64,000 nucleotides of DNA from Methanothrix sp. Lineage in GTDB: Archaea > Halobacteriota > Methanosarcinia > Methanotrichales > Methanotrichaceae. Every line of letters starts with the position of its first letter. Position 1 is the first letter of the stretch. The notes below the pieces were generated by a model, which saw nothing but the letters and a program-made list of their open reading frames with translations, did no database searches and was not told the origin of the DNA. The position numbers were made by a program, and so were the translations under genes. The stretch lies in the NCBI GenBank assembly GCA_040770465.1, contig JAXGJB010000003.1, positions 32,001 through 96,000 of the forward strand. Direction: 5' to 3'. This document shows, piece by piece, positions 33,386-42,816 of this stretch.

Positions 33386-35242
33386 TTAATAACTTCCCAG
33401 CTTTCTGACGCCATTGGTGGCGGCGTCGGTAGTCGTCTCCTCGACCGGAACTGAGCTGTCGATCTCTATCGTCAGGACGTCCTCGAAGTAGGCGGTCTTC
33501 CCTCCCGCCGCCGCGGCGAGGGTCACGGTGTAATTCCCGTCGGAGGCGCCGGTGGCGTCCCAGGTACCCAGATACTCGCCGCTCAGAGTGGATTCGAGCT
33601 CGATGGTGGCCACCACCTCGCCTTCGGAGTCCTGGATCAGGGCACCGGCGGCGGTGATCGGCGCAAGGTCTGAGCTTCCAATCATCCCGAGCTTGATCCC
33701 TCCTACGGCATTGGAGGGGTTTGAGCCTGAGGCGTAGAGGGTGACGGGATCGAAACAGGCGACGCAGCCCATCGTCTTCACCGTGGGCTCTTCGACGGAT
33801 AGAGCCTCCGATATGATCTCCTCGATCTCAGTCCCGTCGACGGACCCGTTATCTCCCTCGGATATGTTCCCGTCCGGGATGATCACATCGGCGGTCACGT
33901 TCTCTCCGCCTTCTGTGGCATTTTCATCAGCCGTTTCCTCTTCGATAGCTTCCGCGGTGAAGATCTCTCCATCCGAGCTCTCGTCGAGGACGACCTCAAA
34001 GAGGGCGTATATGTTGACGGGGCCCGGCCTTGCGGGGTTGGGGTCGGCCCGAGCGTCTTTGAGGATGGCCTTCACGGGAGGACTATTCTCCTCCCAGTCG
34101 TTGAAGGAGTAGACGCTCGACTCGTATCCCATCAGCTGGAGGGCGAGCCAGACCATCGCCGCCCTGGCGCCGGCATAGGAGTATACGACGATGGGCACGT
34201 CCTCATCGAGGCCGGCGAAGACGTCGGCAAGATCATCGCTTCCCTTCATTATGCCGCTCTTCTGAACCTCGTCGTAATCGATGTGGATGGCACCCGCTAT
34301 CTTGTAGGTGGCGAAGTCCTCGAGGATTCGCGCGTCGATCAGCTGGTACTCGCCGCTGGCCACCTCATCGTATGTGGCCAACAGGCCCGATCTGACCTGG
34401 GGTGTGTAGTTGGCGGCCGGTCTCGCGTTGGCTATGGTCTCAGTCTCCAGCCCCGCGGAGATCCAGGCGTCCAGCCCACCGTCCAGGACCATGACGTCGT
34501 CGTGGCCGATGTACCTCATCGCCCAGAAGACGAAGGGAGCTACGGATATGTCATCACAGGGTTCGCATCTGCCGTAGATCACCACAGAGTCTTCGGGCGA
34601 TATGCCGGCGTCACCGAATATCTCGGCCATCTCGTCGGCGGACTTTGGATTGTTGTTCTCGTCGAGGAGTTCCTCCCAGTAGAGGGGGATCGCCCCTTTG
34701 ATGTGGGATGTTTCGTAGTGGGATCCCACGTCCAGGATCACATCGGCGTCCTCGGCATCTTCTGCTGAGATGAGATACTCACCATGGACATAGCTCCTAT
34801 TGCCGATCTCGGCCCTTGCGGCCTCCATATCAGCTCGTGCCTGCTGGGCCGAATTGAGATCCTCAGTCTCCTCTTTTCCTGCCTCCATATCTGCTCGTGC
34901 TTGCTGGGCCGAATTGAGCTCCTTATCCTCCTCCTTTCCGGCCACCATATCAGCCCGTGCCTGCTGGGCAGAATTGAGATCCTGAGTCTTCACCGACGTC
35001 GGATTGTCGCTTAAAAAATCGAAGATCGCGAGGGTCGCATTAGACTCCCCTTTACATGCTGGACAGTCCCATTTGCCCGCGTGCTCATCATCAATATCCA
35101 AGTCTGCGGTCGCTGATGCGACCAGAGCGAGTATCGCCGCAATAGCTACGACCCACAAAGACCAGGACCGGAGGCTTCCGGACCTGCGGCTGGCGGGGCA
35201 TTCCCCGTCAGCAGATTTTATCTTTCTTCTAACCCCTAGCAT
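33386..35242 (-). CDS. Secreted tandem-rhodanese (sulfurtransferase-like) protein with CxxC motifs, internal repeats and a C-terminal Ig-like domain
   Basis: HIKGA, VLDGGLDAW, LIDAR, IAGAIH; the second active-site loop reads VYSYAGARAA (no Cys). Confidence 0.8.
   Translation of the reverse strand: MLGVRRKIKSADGECPASRRSGSLRSWSLWVVAIAAILALVASATADLDIDDEHAGKWDCPACKGESNATLAIFDFLSDNPTSVKTQDLNSAQQARADMVAGKEEDKELNSAQQARADMEAGKEETEDLNSAQQARADMEAARAEIGNRSYVHGEYLISAEDAEDADVILDVGSHYETSHIKGAIPLYWEELLDENNNPKSADEMAEIFGDAGISPEDSVVIYGRCEPCDDISVAPFVFWAMRYIGHDDVMVLDGGLDAWISAGLETETIANARPAANYTPQVRSGLLATYDEVASGEYQLIDARILEDFATYKIAGAIHIDYDEVQKSGIMKGSDDLADVFAGLDEDVPIVVYSYAGARAAMVWLALQLMGYESSVYSFNDWEENSPPVKAILKDARADPNPARPGPVNIYALFEVVLDESSDGEIFTAEAIEEETADENATEGGENVTADVIIPDGNISEGDNGSVDGTEIEEIISEALSVEEPTVKTMGCVACFDPVTLYASGSNPSNAVGGIKLGMIGSSDLAPITAAGALIQDSEGEVVATIELESTLSGEYLGTWDATGASDGNYTVTLAAAAGGKTAYFEDVLTIEIDSSVPVEETTTDAATNGVRKLGSY
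34821..34989. repeat. Intragenic tandem repeat, about 3 x 60 bp (encodes LNSAQQARADM...)
   Basis: gcc(t/a)ccatatc(a/t)gc(t/c)cgtgc(c/t)tgctgggc(c/a)gaattgag recurs at 34821, 34881 and 34941. Confidence 0.9.
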
Positions 35243-35277
35243 GTTTTATCCCCTGAATGAATCGAAGCATGATAATC

Positions 35278-36771
35278 TTAAAGCTGTTCGGAGAGGGCCT
35301 CGTTGAAGTCCCATCCGGACCTCGGCAGAAGCTCCAGCTCTCCTATCGTCTCCTCAACTTCGTACCCTTTCGCGTCCTTTGCGGTAAGGACGATCTCGTA
35401 TCTTCCATCCCCCATCAGAGCGGTCTGGAGGGTGCCGACGTAGACGTCCTCGCCGGTTCGGTCCATCCTGATGTAGCTGCTCGGATCCGAGGACCTCTGG
35501 AGGCTTTTGGCCCGGGCCGACACCTGAGCGACTCCGTATTTGGATTCGACGACAGCCTCCACCGATACCGTGGCTCCTACCTGTGCCCGGGCGGGATAGA
35601 CGGAGGCGTCTGTTATCTGGAGAGGGAGGACCAGCTCCCCCATGATGGGATATACGTCTCTAGCCTTCTCGTTGATGACGTAAGGCAGATCTGCAAAGCC
35701 GTCGCCGCCCGATACGTTCTGGCCCGGACCGCCGAACTCGTCTGATCCTATGTAGTCGCCCCAGAAGTTGCCCCCATCGGGGTAGTCCGCATACCACTGG
35801 TTCGTCCCTCTATCCTCGGCGGGGATGACGCAGTCGAAGATCCTGTTCTTGTATATGTGGTTTCCGTCGGTGTTGACGAAGATCCCCTTCTGGCTCTCGG
35901 AGATGTTGTTCTCCAGGATGGTATTGTTTCCGTCAGGTCCTTCCTGGATCTGGATTCCGAAAGAGGGGTTGTTCGCGATCTCGTTTCCCCTGATCAGGTT
36001 GTATCCTGACCCCTCCTGGAGAAATATGCCTGAGACCTCATTTCCGGTGATCTCGTTCTCGAGGATCTGGTTGTTGGTGCATCCGTGGATCATCTTGATC
36101 CCGGAGATCCTGTTGTTGGCCAGCCGGTTCTTATGGATCAGGTTCTCGCTGCAGTCGGTGAAGGCGTAGATGCCGTAGTCGTTCTCCTCCGCCACGTTCT
36201 CCCGGATGACGTTCTCAGAGCAGGCGGGGAAGATGGCGATCCCGTACTCGCCGTTGTAGCTCGCGACGTTCCCCGAGATCAGGTTTTGGTTGGAGTTGGA
36301 GAGGTATATGCCGTACCAACCCTCGCCACCGAGGCCGTTGTAGTTCGCGACGTTGTTCTCGATCCTGTTATCGTCGGAGAAGACGAGGCCGATCCCCCAC
36401 TGGACACAGCCGGTGACGGTGTTGTTGGAGATGGTGCAGTTCTTGGAGTTTGTGAGGTGGATCCCGTAAAACCCGCCCTCGACGGTGAAGCCCGAGACCG
36501 TCACGTCGTCCGCCTGGATCCTGATCCCTATGTCTCGCTCGCCGACGCTGATCCGCGCGTCGTCGCCGATGAGGGCGATGCTCTTTGTTATCTCCACCCT
36601 GTCGTAGACCCCCGGTGGGGCCAGGATGGTGTCTCCGGGCCCTGCCCGGTCGATCGCCGCCTGGAGGTCTGACCCCGCCTCGTAAGTCGCGGCCGATGCC
36701 GTCATGATCAGAAGAAACCCCAGGATCGCCGTCACGCTGAGGAAGGTAGAGATATCTGCGGAACTTCTCAA
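35278..36771 (-). CDS. Secreted NosD/CASH parallel beta-helix protein with a C-terminal Ig-like domain
   Basis: LQAAIDRAGPGDTI, repeated GIxLxxSxxNxIxxN units, GGNFWGDY, DVYP. Confidence 0.88.
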   Translation of the reverse strand: MRSSADISTFLSVTAILGFLLIMTASAATYEAGSDLQAAIDRAGPGDTILAPPGVYDRVEITKSIALIGDDARISVGERDIGIRIQADDVTVSGFTVEGGFYGIHLTNSKNCTISNNTVTGCVQWGIGLVFSDDNRIENNVANYNGLGGEGWYGIYLSNSNQNLISGNVASYNGEYGIAIFPACSENVIRENVAEENDYGIYAFTDCSENLIHKNRLANNRISGIKMIHGCTNNQILENEITGNEVSGIFLQEGSGYNLIRGNEIANNPSFGIQIQEGPDGNNTILENNISESQKGIFVNTDGNHIYKNRIFDCVIPAEDRGTNQWYADYPDGGNFWGDYIGSDEFGGPGQNVSGGDGFADLPYVINEKARDVYPIMGELVLPLQITDASVYPARAQVGATVSVEAVVESKYGVAQVSARAKSLQRSSDPSSYIRMDRTGEDVYVGTLQTALMGDGRYEIVLTAKDAKGYEVEETIGELELLPRSGWDFNEALSEQL

Positions 36772-36973
36772 GCTAACCCACCGGGGTTAAGGATGATCTT
36801 CAGTTAATAAAGCTAACGCGGACTCCCCCTCTCCCGAAACCCTCCATTATCCGCGATGGAGCCCAAAATCGCCGAAGCTCGCCTCCAGGAGGCTTTTGTA
36901 GGGTTCATGTAGGTCAAAGATGACACAAGTCTTTTTATTCGTCCCGGTAGTATGGAGGCTTGAGGTGTTCAGT

Positions 36974-37567
36974 TTGAGATATTCGTTCAAATTGGGATGC
37001 GCTATGGCCTGCGCGGTCCTGATGGTGGGCGCGGCCATCGCAGCGGTCTGGTCCTCCGAAGATGTTCTGATAGGCGACTCGTACATAGACCAGAGCGCTG
37101 AAGACGAGAACTTCGGCGCCGAAGAGATCCTGTGGGTCTCCGCCGAAGATGACGAGCCGGTGCAGGAGTCCTGGCTTTACTTCGATACCAACGCAATAAA
37201 AGAGGCACTGGGCATAGAATCCGCAGATGATGTCGTATCTGCGACCCTGAAAATTTATGCCACAGATGTCGAGGCCGATGGAGAGGTGGAGCTTCACTTC
37301 TACAACGAAGGATTCTTCGAAGATCGTATCGTATGGGAAGGTAAGCCCGACTACGACGAAGAGGTCGATGCGGTGACCGAGGTCTCCGAAGAGGGGTGGT
37401 ACGAAATCGACGCCACAGAAACGGTGCAGAAGGCTATCGAAGAGTGTCCTGACTGCCCCTTCTCAATGGTCCTGGTGGCTCTAGGGGACACGTCTGTTGG
37501 CTTCGCCTCCAAGGAGGCCTCCGACGGGAACGTCCCCGAACTGACCGTCAGTACCGGTGATGAGTAA
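36974..37567 (+). CDS. Secreted DNRLRE/CBM96-like domain protein
   Basis: TTG start after GAGGTG; DSYIDQSAEDENFG, WLYFD, VSATLKIY, WYEIDAT, FASKEA..NVPEL. Confidence 0.7.
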   Translation: MRYSFKLGCAMACAVLMVGAAIAAVWSSEDVLIGDSYIDQSAEDENFGAEEILWVSAEDDEPVQESWLYFDTNAIKEALGIESADDVVSATLKIYATDVEADGEVELHFYNEGFFEDRIVWEGKPDYDEEVDAVTEVSEEGWYEIDATETVQKAIEECPDCPFSMVLVALGDTSVGFASKEASDGNVPELTVSTGDE

Positions 37568-37604
37568 GCGGTGATGAGCGAGCTCTTCTGATTCTACCAG
37601 TCCG

Positions 37605-37643
37605 GAGCGGTCCGGGATCTCCGGCCGCTCAAATTAACTTTTT
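37605..37643 (+). terminator. Hairpin plus T-run after the DNRLRE gene
   Basis: GAGCGG-TCCGG-GATCT-CCGG-CCGCTC stem followed by TTTTT. Confidence 0.4.
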
Positions 37644-37704
37644 ATATTCCATCTCCCTTCTTCCGTCTCTGATGCACTGTCCCCATCCCAGCTACAGAAG
37701 ATCG

Positions 37705-38844
37705 ATGGTTCCGAGAACACCGGTGCTCCTTCTCGCGGTTCTAGCCCTCTCCCTCGTCCCGTCCCTTTTTCAGGTCGGAGCTGCGGAGGAGGTCGTTCTC
37801 GTGGCATCGCAGGGGTGCAGCAAATGCGCCGCCGCGGAGAGGACGCTGGAGCGGGTCCTCGCTGATTATCCTGACGCCGAGCTTGCCGTCTACGACGTCA
37901 CCACTGAAGAGGGAAGGGCCGTCATCAGAGAGCGCCGCCTCAATGGCGGAGTTCCGGCGATGGCCGTTGGAAACCGGACAATAGCATACAAGGACTACAA
38001 AGGCGACCAGGCCCTCCTGGAGGAGATGGTCCGCGAGGCCCTCGACTCTGATCTGTCCGGCGCCGGAGGGGCAGAGGTATCGGGCTCTGACGGCTCGTTC
38101 GAGGACGGAGTCGCAGTCGGCTCCTCACATAAGGCGCCTCCCGACGGTGGCGACGAGGAGATCGACGTCTCTTCCCTCTCCGTGGTCACGGTCTTCGTCG
38201 CGGGCCTCCTCGCCGGGTTCAACCCCTGCCTTCTGGGGATTCTGGCGTTTCTTGCCGCCGCCGTCATATCCAGCACCGGACGCCGCCGAGACCTGGTCCT
38301 GATGGTGGTATTCTTCTCGTTGGGCATATTCTCCATGTACTACCTATTCGGGGTGGGGATGCTGAAGACCCTCCACGCCGGGGCGATCGCATCGAGGTTT
38401 AGGATCGCCCTGACGGTCCTACTCCTGGCGCTGGGGCTGGTCCACGTCGAGGACGCAAGGCGGCTTTCTGCCGGTGGCCGATCCCTCTTCAAGGCGAGCT
38501 GGTCGCAGAAGTACATCGAAGGGGCATTATCCAGGGGGAGGTTCAGCTCTTACTTCCTTTTGGGGGCCCTCTTCTCCCTGGTGAAGGCCCCTTGCGTCGG
38601 AGCCGTCTACATCGCCATCCTCGGCCTCATCGCCGAGGAGGGGTACTCCTCAGGGGCCGTCTACCTCCTATTCTACAACTTTGGGGTGATCCTTCCCATA
38701 CTCATCCTGGGGGGCGTCATCGCTCTGGGCATGAGCCCCGAGAAGGTGGACGGTTTCAGGAAGGACCACCGGGCCGGGATCAGGCTGGCGACCGGCCTCA
38801 CCCTCCTTCTCCTCGCCCCCCTCATCTACTGGCAGGTGATCTGA
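37705..38844 (+). CDS. Thioredoxin/glutaredoxin-fold domain fused to a CcdA/DsbD-like transmembrane domain
   Basis: GCSKC CxxC in an exported N-terminal domain; AGLLAGFNPC and KAPCVG Pro-Cys motifs; about six transmembrane helices. Confidence 0.85.
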   Translation: MVPRTPVLLLAVLALSLVPSLFQVGAAEEVVLVASQGCSKCAAAERTLERVLADYPDAELAVYDVTTEEGRAVIRERRLNGGVPAMAVGNRTIAYKDYKGDQALLEEMVREALDSDLSGAGGAEVSGSDGSFEDGVAVGSSHKAPPDGGDEEIDVSSLSVVTVFVAGLLAGFNPCLLGILAFLAAAVISSTGRRRDLVLMVVFFSLGIFSMYYLFGVGMLKTLHAGAIASRFRIALTVLLLALGLVHVEDARRLSAGGRSLFKASWSQKYIEGALSRGRFSSYFLLGALFSLVKAPCVGAVYIAILGLIAEEGYSSGAVYLLFYNFGVILPILILGGVIALGMSPEKVDGFRKDHRAGIRLATGLTLLLLAPLIYWQVI

Positions 38845-39027
38845 GAGCGTCTTCTGGTAACGCTCCCTCATCTGCGGTGGGATCAGTCTCGCCCCTCATC
38901 CGCAGGCATCTGAGGGGGGGCGGCGGGTGCTAACGACATCGCCACTGCGCTTGCTGGCGAGCGGCATTTCAGGCATGTGCAAAAGGATTAATACCGGCGA
39001 GATGTCTCTCGTTTTTGAGGTGAACGC

Positions 39028-40218
39028 TTGTTTTTGATAGGAGAGGCGCTGATAGGGGACGAGCCCGAACTCGCTCATATAGATCTATTAATTGGTGACA
39101 AAGATGGTCCCGTGGGGATCGCCTTCGCGAGCGGCCTTGCCCAGCTCTCAGCGGGACACACCCCGCTTCTTTCAGTTATAAGGCCCAACTTGCCGCCGAA
39201 GCCCGCCACCCTGATAGTGCCGAAGGTGACGGTGAAGAATATGGATCAGGCCGCCCAGATCTTCGGCCCCGCCCAGACCGCCGTTGCAAAAGCGGTGGCT
39301 GACTCCGTCGCCGAGGGGGTCATCCCTCGGGGCGAGGTCGAGAACCTGGTATTGATCGTCAGCGTCTTCATCCACCCCCAGGCCCGGGACTACGACGCCA
39401 TATATCGGTACAACTACGGCGCCACGAAGCTCGCGATCAAGAGGGCGATGGAGAGCTTCCCGGACATCGATACCGTCCTCTACGAGAAGGACAGGTCGAC
39501 CCACCCGATCATGGGGTTCAGGGTGATCAGGCTCTGGGACCCGCCCTACCTCCAGGTGGCGCTGGACCTGGTGGACCTCGGGGTCGTCCGCAGAGTCCTA
39601 GCCCAGCTTCCGGATAGCGACCATCTCCTCGTCGAGGTTGGAACGCCTCTGGTCAAGAAGTTCGGGGCTTCCGTGGTGAAGGAGATCAGGAACGTGCGGC
39701 CCAGCTCCTTTGTGGTCCTGGACCTCAAGACCCTGGATACCGGAAACCTGGAGGTGAGGCTCGCCGCCGACGCCACCGCCGACGCCGTGGTGATCTCAGG
39801 GCTCGCCCCGAAGAAGACCCTGGAGCTCGCGATCAGGGAGGCGAGAAAGACCGGGGTATACTCGGTGATCGACATGCTGAACGTCTCCGATCCCCTGGGG
39901 GTCCTCCGGTCCCTGGCGGTCCTCCCGGACGTGGTGGAGATGCACCGGGCGATAGACCAGGAGGCGGAGAAGCACAACTGGGAGGCGATAGCCGAGATCA
40001 AGAGGATGGCCGCCGACTCCGACCAGAAGATCCTGGTGGCCGTCGCCGGCGGGATCAGGGTCGATACCGTGGCCTCGGCCCTCAAGTCGGGGGCGGATAT
40101 CATAGTCACCGGCCGGGCGATCACGGCATCAAAAGACGTCAAAGACGCCGCCGAGCAGTTCCTCAGTGAGCTGAAACAGACGGAGATAGACCAGTACAGG
40201 GTGATGACCGACTTCTGA
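39028..40218 (+). CDS. fae-hps: Bifunctional formaldehyde-activating enzyme / 3-hexulose-6-phosphate synthase
   Basis: GEALIG..ELAHIDL, GHTPLL, FGPAQ, YNYGATK; LQVALD, EVGTPL, DLKTLDTG, HRAID, VAGGI. Confidence 0.95.
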   Translation: MFLIGEALIGDEPELAHIDLLIGDKDGPVGIAFASGLAQLSAGHTPLLSVIRPNLPPKPATLIVPKVTVKNMDQAAQIFGPAQTAVAKAVADSVAEGVIPRGEVENLVLIVSVFIHPQARDYDAIYRYNYGATKLAIKRAMESFPDIDTVLYEKDRSTHPIMGFRVIRLWDPPYLQVALDLVDLGVVRRVLAQLPDSDHLLVEVGTPLVKKFGASVVKEIRNVRPSSFVVLDLKTLDTGNLEVRLAADATADAVVISGLAPKKTLELAIREARKTGVYSVIDMLNVSDPLGVLRSLAVLPDVVEMHRAIDQEAEKHNWEAIAEIKRMAADSDQKILVAVAGGIRVDTVASALKSGADIIVTGRAITASKDVKDAAEQFLSELKQTEIDQYRVMTDF

Positions 40219-40219
40219 G

Positions 40220-41575
40220 ATGCGCACTATCTTCGCCCTCCTCGTCCTCCTCATCCTGGCAGGTCAGGCCCGCTCCACCACCGAGGTCCTGGCTGACGAG
40301 GGGGACCATCCCCGTGGGGCAGTCATCCTCGTCGTCGACGGGATGGGGTCGGCTTATGTCTACCCCGAGCTCATGCCTCGGGCTCTCGATGGGTCGCATC
40401 TCAGCTCTGCCATCTTATTCAACCTGACCGGGAAGGGGGCGCGAGTTCTGAACGTGACGGTCCCCGTCCCCGAGACGGGGCCGAGCCACTCGGTCCTGGT
40501 GACGGGATGCTCCTGGGCGGACTCTGCAAATCTCGGGACGGCTGGGGCGACGATCTTCGACGCCGCCAGGGCCGACGGCCTCTTATGTCTTGCCATACTC
40601 CAGCGGGGCGACGCCATCAGCATGGTACTGGAGCAGGACGGCGTTCTATTCTTCGACGACAACTCTCTATGGGGCGCCGAGCCCCTCGTCGGATCGAAGG
40701 CCGACTTTCCTTCGGACCTGGCCGACCTCTTCCAGAGCTGGAGGGATCGTTTTCCCGAGTACAACCGAAAGCGGGGCGTTCCCGGCTACGTCGGATACAA
40801 CGCCTGGGGGCTCGATGCGGCCGCTGACGTGGTGTCGGCGATGGGAGAGCGACCCTTCTTCCTTATCGTCAACGTCGGGGCAGTCGACAGCGCCGGCCAC
40901 AACCTCGGCTCCGAGAAATACGTCGAGACGATCTCGGGCCTCGACGCCCCCCTGGGGAGGCTTGTCGAGGCCTGCGAGGCCGGAGGTGTCATCCTCCTGA
41001 TCACCGCCGACCACGGGATGTCCTTTCCCTCCGACCAGGGCAAAGGCGGTCACTCCTCAGCAAAGTACTCGTCCCAGCCGGAATCGGTGATGGTCCCCGT
41101 GGTCTTCGTTGGGCCCGGGGTCGACGAGATAGCGGTGACGGGGAACTGGTCGGAGGTGGACCTTGCCCCCACCCTCCTCGACCTGCTCGGCAAAAGTCCG
41201 GATCTGCCCCTCTCCGAGGGGCGGGTCATACCAGTCTCAAAACGATACGACCTGGTCGTCGGCGCCGGGAAGGTGGCCGATGTCGAGGTCCGGCGGGACG
41301 GATCCCTGGTGGCTCGGGCCGCCGGCGACTCTCGCTACATCTTCAGGAGCCTGGAACGAGGGTCGTACTCGGTGGAGTCGGCCGGCCGGAAGGCTATGGT
41401 GTACCTAGACTGTGACCGGGCCGTCGATCTTCTGGATGAATCCCCTCGGGGCTTCGGAGGAGTTCTCCACCCGATCTTCGATCGAGATAACCGTAAGCTC
41501 ATCGCCGTCGGCGCTATCATCGCGATAAACGTCATCGGAGCCATAATGATCTTCAGGATCATGAGGAAGAAATGA
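40220..41575 (+). CDS. Membrane-anchored alkaline phosphatase/sulfatase-superfamily protein
   Basis: ILVVDGMG, ETGPSH, VDSAGH, TADHGM, DLAPTL; signal peptide and C-terminal transmembrane helix. Confidence 0.82.
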   Translation: MRTIFALLVLLILAGQARSTTEVLADEGDHPRGAVILVVDGMGSAYVYPELMPRALDGSHLSSAILFNLTGKGARVLNVTVPVPETGPSHSVLVTGCSWADSANLGTAGATIFDAARADGLLCLAILQRGDAISMVLEQDGVLFFDDNSLWGAEPLVGSKADFPSDLADLFQSWRDRFPEYNRKRGVPGYVGYNAWGLDAAADVVSAMGERPFFLIVNVGAVDSAGHNLGSEKYVETISGLDAPLGRLVEACEAGGVILLITADHGMSFPSDQGKGGHSSAKYSSQPESVMVPVVFVGPGVDEIAVTGNWSEVDLAPTLLDLLGKSPDLPLSEGRVIPVSKRYDLVVGAGKVADVEVRRDGSLVARAAGDSRYIFRSLERGSYSVESAGRKAMVYLDCDRAVDLLDESPRGFGGVLHPIFDRDNRKLIAVGAIIAINVIGAIMIFRIMRKK

Positions 41576-41802
41576 GGATTCTTTTCTCATTATGATATCA
41601 TTTCGGAGCTTGGCCTTTCGTTTTGATCCGCTCTTTCTTTTCAGTATTTTCGGTTTTCGGAGCTGTCCTCTCGTGCGCCGATTTTTCCGAACCGATTCAA
41701 CTGGAATCACCTCGATATCATCCCCAGACAGCATCCCGCGACAGCAAAACGCCTCTCTCCAGCAGGTTGGAAAGGAATCGAGCCCCGCCATTGGCATCTG
41801 TT

Positions 41803-42510
41803 TTAGTACAGTGAACGACGTTGCTTCCTTGCTTTCATCGTAATGTAAACTGCATGAGTCCTATCAATTTTGGAGAGAACTGCGGCTATTTTACCAGGAA
41901 ATGGATAATATCCTGCCCCAATAAATTGCTCCACTTTTAATCCATTGTATTCGAAAAGCTCCTTCAGCGCTTCTGGAGCAAAGATCCTAATGTGAATAGT
42001 TCCCTTGCTTTCGTGCTTCAATCCTTGCTTTGGATCGAATGAGTTGCCCAAAATTACTTCGTTGCTGATATGGGCCGAAAATGGCTGTTTTCCCAAAAAT
42101 AGAGAGAAGATATTGTGCAAGCTCGCCAGATTTGGGGTGGAGATGATGGAATACCCGTCAGGCTTCAGTATTCTATGAATTTCCCGTACAAAATTATCCG
42201 TATCAATCAAGTGCTCTATAACCTGATTGGCATGCACGACATCGAAACTTTCATTCTCAAACGGAAACTTTCCGTTTAGATCTGCACAGCATGCATTGAC
42301 GCCTTTCTTCCTGGCTACCTGGCACATATTTTCTAGAAAATCTACTCCCCAGACATCCTTAGATCCAGCGCACTCAGCTACTTGTAATGCAAAGGAGCCA
42401 TCACCGCACCCCAGATCGAGAATTCTTGCGGCTGGATTAGGCTCGATCAGATTAAAAATAGATCTGCGGTTTTCTTTATCCACCTTGTGAAATAGCGATA
42501 GCAGGTTCAT
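41803..42510 (-). CDS. Class I SAM-dependent methyltransferase (AT-rich)
   Basis: ILDLGCGDG, SFDVVHANQVIEHL, RILKPDG, STPN. Confidence 0.9.
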   Translation of the reverse strand: MNLLSLFHKVDKENRRSIFNLIEPNPAARILDLGCGDGSFALQVAECAGSKDVWGVDFLENMCQVARKKGVNACCADLNGKFPFENESFDVVHANQVIEHLIDTDNFVREIHRILKPDGYSIISTPNLASLHNIFSLFLGKQPFSAHISNEVILGNSFDPKQGLKHESKGTIHIRIFAPEALKELFEYNGLKVEQFIGAGYYPFPGKIAAVLSKIDRTHAVYITMKARKQRRSLY

Positions 42511-42816
42511 TTATTCAGATAATGCCAATTGGGTTTAAGAGATATATACTTTTAGGCCAGCGAGGCTTTGCACGTAAAGTCAAACCCCTGTAAACTTCAT
42601 CGAGTTGATTGTAACTTATGCTGCAACTACGAATGCATGGGTTCAGCTGAAAGTCGCCCGGAATCATATGATTTTAGCATTAACTACACTTTAGGTGCAA
42701 AGCCCATCCGGGACTACACAGGGCGAAAAATGATGATAAAATCGAAAAGGGTTTATCGCATTACATAATAAAAATTGGATGTAGGCATCGTAACTCAGCT
42801 AAAAGGCGGAGATCAA

